A stretch of 64,000 bases of DNA from Candidatus Poribacteria bacterium. GTDB taxonomy: Bacteria; Poribacteria; WGA-4E; WGA-3G. The stretch covers positions 15,573-79,572 of the forward strand of contig JAJEAG010000090.1 in NCBI GenBank assembly GCA_022824265.1, in the 5' to 3' direction. Shown in pieces: positions 60,134 to 64,000 of this stretch; within the stretch, counting starts at the first letter, position 1; every line of letters starts with the position of its first letter. A program made the position numbers and the translations under genes. Under the pieces are notes generated by a model. It was not told the origin of the DNA and ran no database searches. It saw nothing but the letters and a program-made list of their open reading frames with translations.

Positions 60134-61855
60134 TTGAATTGTTTAGTTAACATCAGATGTGATATAATCAAGTATACCAATATCCTCAAGTATGAGAGAA
60201 GGATTCTGACTGTTATGCAGATTACAAGAAAAAGACTTATCCTCATCATACTGATTGCCTTAATAGGAAGCATAGCTTTATTTACTGTGATTTATCAACA
60301 AACCGCACTTTGGACACCTGAACAGAGTCTCATCACACTACTTCCAGAATCTCCAATAGGTTACTTGACACTCAAAGATTTGGAAGGGATGGTTAAGACA
60401 TTTAACCGTAGTGAATTTGGAAAACAGGTTGCACAAATGCCTATCCTTACCTTCATCAAGAATCAACTTTGGTGGCGACAAATCGTATATCAAAAGTTGT
60501 TGTGGGAATACGAAATGGGTGGGAGATTTGACATGAAGGCAGTCAAGGGACATTTCGGGGAAGAGGCGATAATGGCACTTTACCGACGAGATGGAGAACT
60601 GTCGTTTCTACTGATTACAGAAGTGGGAGGACCAGAGAAACTTGCTATTGAGGCAATTACTGCCACTGATGCGATTAATCCAAAATACAAACGAATACAA
60701 ACTGAATACAAAGGACTTACAATAAATACAATCACGGGATACCCACTTGATTTTAGTTATACATTCATCGGAAAAATTGGTGTGTTAACTCTCAATCCGC
60801 TGCTGTTAGCAGAGGTAATTGACATTTATGCAGGAAATAAGGATGGTTTTCTTGTAGATAATCCCATCCAAGACCATATACAGGATAGTTACAACCGTGA
60901 TAAAAACACAGGATATGTTGATATTCCACGTTTAAATAAAGTATTGAAAGGTCTTGCTACTAACATCAATAATTTTGTTGAGCAGAATACTCAATCAAAT
61001 GGTAAAACAAAATACTTGACAATCGGAAATCGCTATGAAGATGGTGTGATAGTTTCCGACCTTCATTTAGGATATCCTGATAAACTAAGCATATTCGAAT
61101 CTGAGAAACTACAGACACTTAAGTTTCTCCCAGAGGATACAGCGTTAGTTTTCTTTAATCCCCATCAGAATTGGACTAAGGTGTGGGAGATATTAAGGAA
61201 TAATTTGTCTGTTGATGTTTCTACAGAAGAATTAAATTTAGCACAACATTTTGACACAGAACTGACTATTGCATTAGTCACACATGGTGAAGGAGAAACA
61301 TCAAAGTTACCGTCTCTGATTATACATTCACAAATAAAAGATATTCCAGCATTTGGATCAGAAATTGAACATTTGAAAAATGCGAAAATATCTGTTGGTG
61401 GTATCCCGATTGAATTCCTTGAACCACAAAACTATAAAGACATTATTGTGCAGCCAATTCGGTTACGACTTAATATTCTACTTGCACTCACAGGTGCGTA
61501 TGCTGTCGTGGATAACAATTTTTTCTTTAGCACAACGTTTGGTGGTTTAATCAGTGTGCTTGATGTTTATTCTGGTGACTCTCCTGCATTAGAAGATGTA
61601 CATTTTGCTGACAGTAGTATGCAGACTTTTATCCAACCGAATCTGCTTGTGCCTGAAATAGAACGACTTATACCGGTTGCAACTTTACTTGCTTCATTTT
61701 CGGGGTATAAATTGGATGCGGGGTTAATGCAGCATATCAAAGATAATCTGTTTCCGTTAGAGGCTCTTGGTCCAATTACTGCAGATATGCATGTTGATGA
61801 AAAAGGGGTGCATTCAGAGGTGCGTATTGTATTAGAAAATAAAGAATTACAATAG
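60134..61855 (+). CDS. Membrane-anchored hypothetical protein (likely start ATG 60215)
   Basis: N-terminal TM after MQITRKR; internally duplicated LP.....  alpha/beta halves reminiscent of DUF3352. Confidence 0.65.
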   Translation: MNCLVNIRCDIIKYTNILKYERRILTVMQITRKRLILIILIALIGSIALFTVIYQQTALWTPEQSLITLLPESPIGYLTLKDLEGMVKTFNRSEFGKQVAQMPILTFIKNQLWWRQIVYQKLLWEYEMGGRFDMKAVKGHFGEEAIMALYRRDGELSFLLITEVGGPEKLAIEAITATDAINPKYKRIQTEYKGLTINTITGYPLDFSYTFIGKIGVLTLNPLLLAEVIDIYAGNKDGFLVDNPIQDHIQDSYNRDKNTGYVDIPRLNKVLKGLATNINNFVEQNTQSNGKTKYLTIGNRYEDGVIVSDLHLGYPDKLSIFESEKLQTLKFLPEDTALVFFNPHQNWTKVWEILRNNLSVDVSTEELNLAQHFDTELTIALVTHGEGETSKLPSLIIHSQIKDIPAFGSEIEHLKNAKISVGGIPIEFLEPQNYKDIIVQPIRLRLNILLALTGAYAVVDNNFFFSTTFGGLISVLDVYSGDSPALEDVHFADSSMQTFIQPNLLVPEIERLIPVATLLASFSGYKLDAGLMQHIKDNLFPLEALGPITADMHVDEKGVHSEVRIVLENKELQ

Positions 61856-61874
61856 AAATAAAGGAGTAATTACG

Positions 61875-62201
61875 ATGGATAAAGAAGCATTTGATGATGT
61901 CATTGGACGTATAGACCAACTTCAAAAAGGGATTACTGAGGTAAAAAATCAACTTAATATGTTGATGGACACTTTTGCAAATCTTCCTATGAAAAACATT
62001 AAAACTGGTGAAGAGATGATGGCATTACACACTCCCCGAAAACAACAGAATGCAGAAATTGTACGTGGTATATTTGAGAAATTGGGTATTTCCGGCAAAC
62101 CAATTCCTGCTGAAGAACTGCAAGCTCGAATGGCAAAGAACGGAATTCGCGCAGAGGACAATGAGTTTAGTCGTGCAATTATTGAGGAACGCGAAAAATA
62201 A
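61875..62201 (+). CDS. Putative antitoxin
   Basis: Small gene with an AAGGAG RBS, 2 nt upstream of a PIN toxin gene; C-terminal SRAIIEER. Confidence 0.6.
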   Translation: MDKEAFDDVIGRIDQLQKGITEVKNQLNMLMDTFANLPMKNIKTGEEMMALHTPRKQQNAEIVRGIFEKLGISGKPIPAEELQARMAKNGIRAEDNEFSRAIIEEREK

Positions 62202-62203
62202 AT

Positions 62204-62707
62204 ATGTACCATTTTTATTTTGATGCAAGTGCACTTGTGAAACGTTATACTCAAGAGATTGGAAGTGATAAAATTAATTTTCTATTCACTAACGTTCCAT
62301 TGAATCGACAGATGTGTTTAATTCTCGGAGTTGTTGAACTTTTCTGGATATGTGTCAGAAAAAAGAACGATGATCGTATAACAAATCAAAATTTCATCCA
62401 AGCAAGTGTCAACCTAAATAGTGAGATACTTGACCACAATTCAGACTTCAAAACAATACCCGTTCCAGATTCACTGATTTTGAATTCAATGTCTTTGATT
62501 GAAACCCATTCGCTCAATAGCGTTGATGCGTTGGTACTACGTTCTGCATTGAACATCGCTGCAGAACTTCGTAATACTGATGATAGGTTAGTACTCGTTG
62601 CATCTGATCAACGTCTTCTTAGAGCTGCGCGTTCAGAAGGTCTACTTGTCTTTAATCCCGAAAATGATTCTCAACAGATTCTAAAAAATTGGATAACTCG
62701 TATATGA
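62204..62707 (+). CDS. VapC-family PIN domain toxin
   Basis: FYFDASALVKRY..E.GS, VEL, LNSVDAL and VASDQRL..AA..EGL. Confidence 0.88.
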   Translation: MYHFYFDASALVKRYTQEIGSDKINFLFTNVPLNRQMCLILGVVELFWICVRKKNDDRITNQNFIQASVNLNSEILDHNSDFKTIPVPDSLILNSMSLIETHSLNSVDALVLRSALNIAAELRNTDDRLVLVASDQRLLRAARSEGLLVFNPENDSQQILKNWITRI

Positions 62708-63756
62708 ATACAAAGATTGGTATTGGCATAATAAGTTTCGCACATGGACATGCAAACGCATACTGTAATATGATGCAAGGATTTGAGGATGTAAAACTCA
62801 TTGCTTGTTGGGACGATAACACTGAACGTGGTGAAAACACTGCCCCACAATACGGATTGGATTACTCACCTCACCTTGAAGATGTAGTCAATCATGAAGA
62901 AATTGACGCAGTGATTGTAACCTGCGAAACAAACCGACATGCCGAAATGGTCGTTGAGGCAGCTTCTGCAGGTAAACATATCCTTTGCCAGAAACCGATG
63001 GCACTCACCTTAGAAGATTGTGACATAATTGCAAATGCAGTGCAGAAATCTGGTGTTAAGTTCATGATGGCACACCAGATGCGACGCGACCCTGCTAACA
63101 TTGCAATGAAGGAATTAATAGAGAGTGGAGTATTGGGAAAGATTGGGTTGCTGCGTAGACGGCACTGCATCAATGTTTTATTTAATGAGGCATTTGTAAC
63201 TGGACCGAGTCGTTGGCATATTGATCCTGTCAAGAATATGGGAATGTTCATGGATGATGCGTCACATGCAACGGATTTCATCTACTGGATGCTTGGTAAA
63301 CCAAACAGTGTCATAGCAGAAATAGATAATGTGTTAACAGATGTCGCACCTGATGACTCTGGAGTTGCAGTCTATCGCTTTCCGAGTGGTGAGATGGCTA
63401 TTTTGATAAACACATCTGTGACGCTTGCTGGAGAAAATACGACTGAAATTTATGGGGATCAAGGTGTTGCTATACAAAACTATGGTGATGGACCGTCTTG
63501 TAACATGCCGCGACCAGAAGATGCAATCGCTCTAAAACTCTATACTCGTGCCGAACCTTCATGGAAAGACCTTGGCATTCCAATTCCAAATAGTCATGGT
63601 GAACGGATAGCAGGTGTTCCACGTCCATTTATTGATTGTCTAATAAACGATACTGAACCTGATGTATCTGTTAAAGCAGGAAGGATTTCTGTTGAGATGG
63701 TCCTGGGTGCATATCGTTCAGCACAAGAAGGTAGGAGAATTACGTTTCCATTATAA
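62704..63756 (+). CDS. Gfo/Idh/MocA family oxidoreductase
   Basis: IGIIS.AHGH, H...AGKHILCQKPMA and GMFMDDASH; ATGA overlap with vapC. Confidence 0.9.
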   Translation: MNTKIGIGIISFAHGHANAYCNMMQGFEDVKLIACWDDNTERGENTAPQYGLDYSPHLEDVVNHEEIDAVIVTCETNRHAEMVVEAASAGKHILCQKPMALTLEDCDIIANAVQKSGVKFMMAHQMRRDPANIAMKELIESGVLGKIGLLRRRHCINVLFNEAFVTGPSRWHIDPVKNMGMFMDDASHATDFIYWMLGKPNSVIAEIDNVLTDVAPDDSGVAVYRFPSGEMAILINTSVTLAGENTTEIYGDQGVAIQNYGDGPSCNMPRPEDAIALKLYTRAEPSWKDLGIPIPNSHGERIAGVPRPFIDCLINDTEPDVSVKAGRISVEMVLGAYRSAQEGRRITFPL

Positions 63757-63772
63757 TGGAAATGAATTAGTT

Positions 63773-64000
63773 TTAAGGACTATTTCGTCGCATGATGCTC
63801 AAAATCTGTCCTGTCATACCGCTGTCAGTCGGTTGTTTGGCGAGGAAAAGTGCGGAGTCTACAACCTTTTCAGGTTCTTTCCACGGGTCACTTTGAGCGC
63901 GGAATATTTTGTCACCTTCCCATACGGGTCTTGAGAGTTCCGTTTTTACAGGACCAGGAATTAAGACATTCGCGATGATACCGTCCTCCCATACCTCTTC
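63773..64000 (-). CDS. C-terminal part of an SDR-family oxidoreductase (starts beyond the window)
   Basis: Manual translation: EEVWEDGIIANVLIPGPVKTEL...PEKVVDSALFLA...MTGQILSIMRRNSP-stop. Confidence 0.75.
   Translation of the reverse strand, partial: EEVWEDGIIANVLIPGPVKTELSRPVWEGDKIFRAQSDPWKEPEKVVDSALFLAKQPTDSGMTGQILSIMRRNSP

Overview
This is an AT-rich chromosomal window from a diderm bacterium. The host is most likely Candidatus Poribacteria or a relative; this is an inference from the recurring C-terminal V-x-x-V-G-K-x4-W-[AG]-x-L-K tails, a DUF6785-type transporter and many GTAG-type palindromes. The housekeeping backbone is groEL (no groES), rqcH, lnt-prfB (+1 frameshift)-lysS-lolC/E-lolD-ilvE-bamA-skp-lpxD, a DGGGP-synthase-like UbiA prenyltransferase, trmH, moaB, ECF T/AA subunits, a B12-dependent radical SAM enzyme, an NCS2 permease, GTP-dependent PEPCK, a second Omp85, sat and nth. 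Accessory content includes three tandem secreted beta-helix paralogs between prfB and lysS, vWA proteins, a stand-alone double-Cache lipoprotein, a GmrSD-like nuclease, a VapBC-like pair, an orphan DUF433 gene and several ORFans. The strongest candidate for a new system is a 17-residue C-terminal motif shared by four signal-peptide proteins of two unrelated folds, found near a PorV-family barrel gene. It may be a short C-terminal sorting signal used by a T9SS-related export route. No rRNA, tRNA, CRISPR array or intact transposase was seen. All family assignments come from motif recognition, not database searches.
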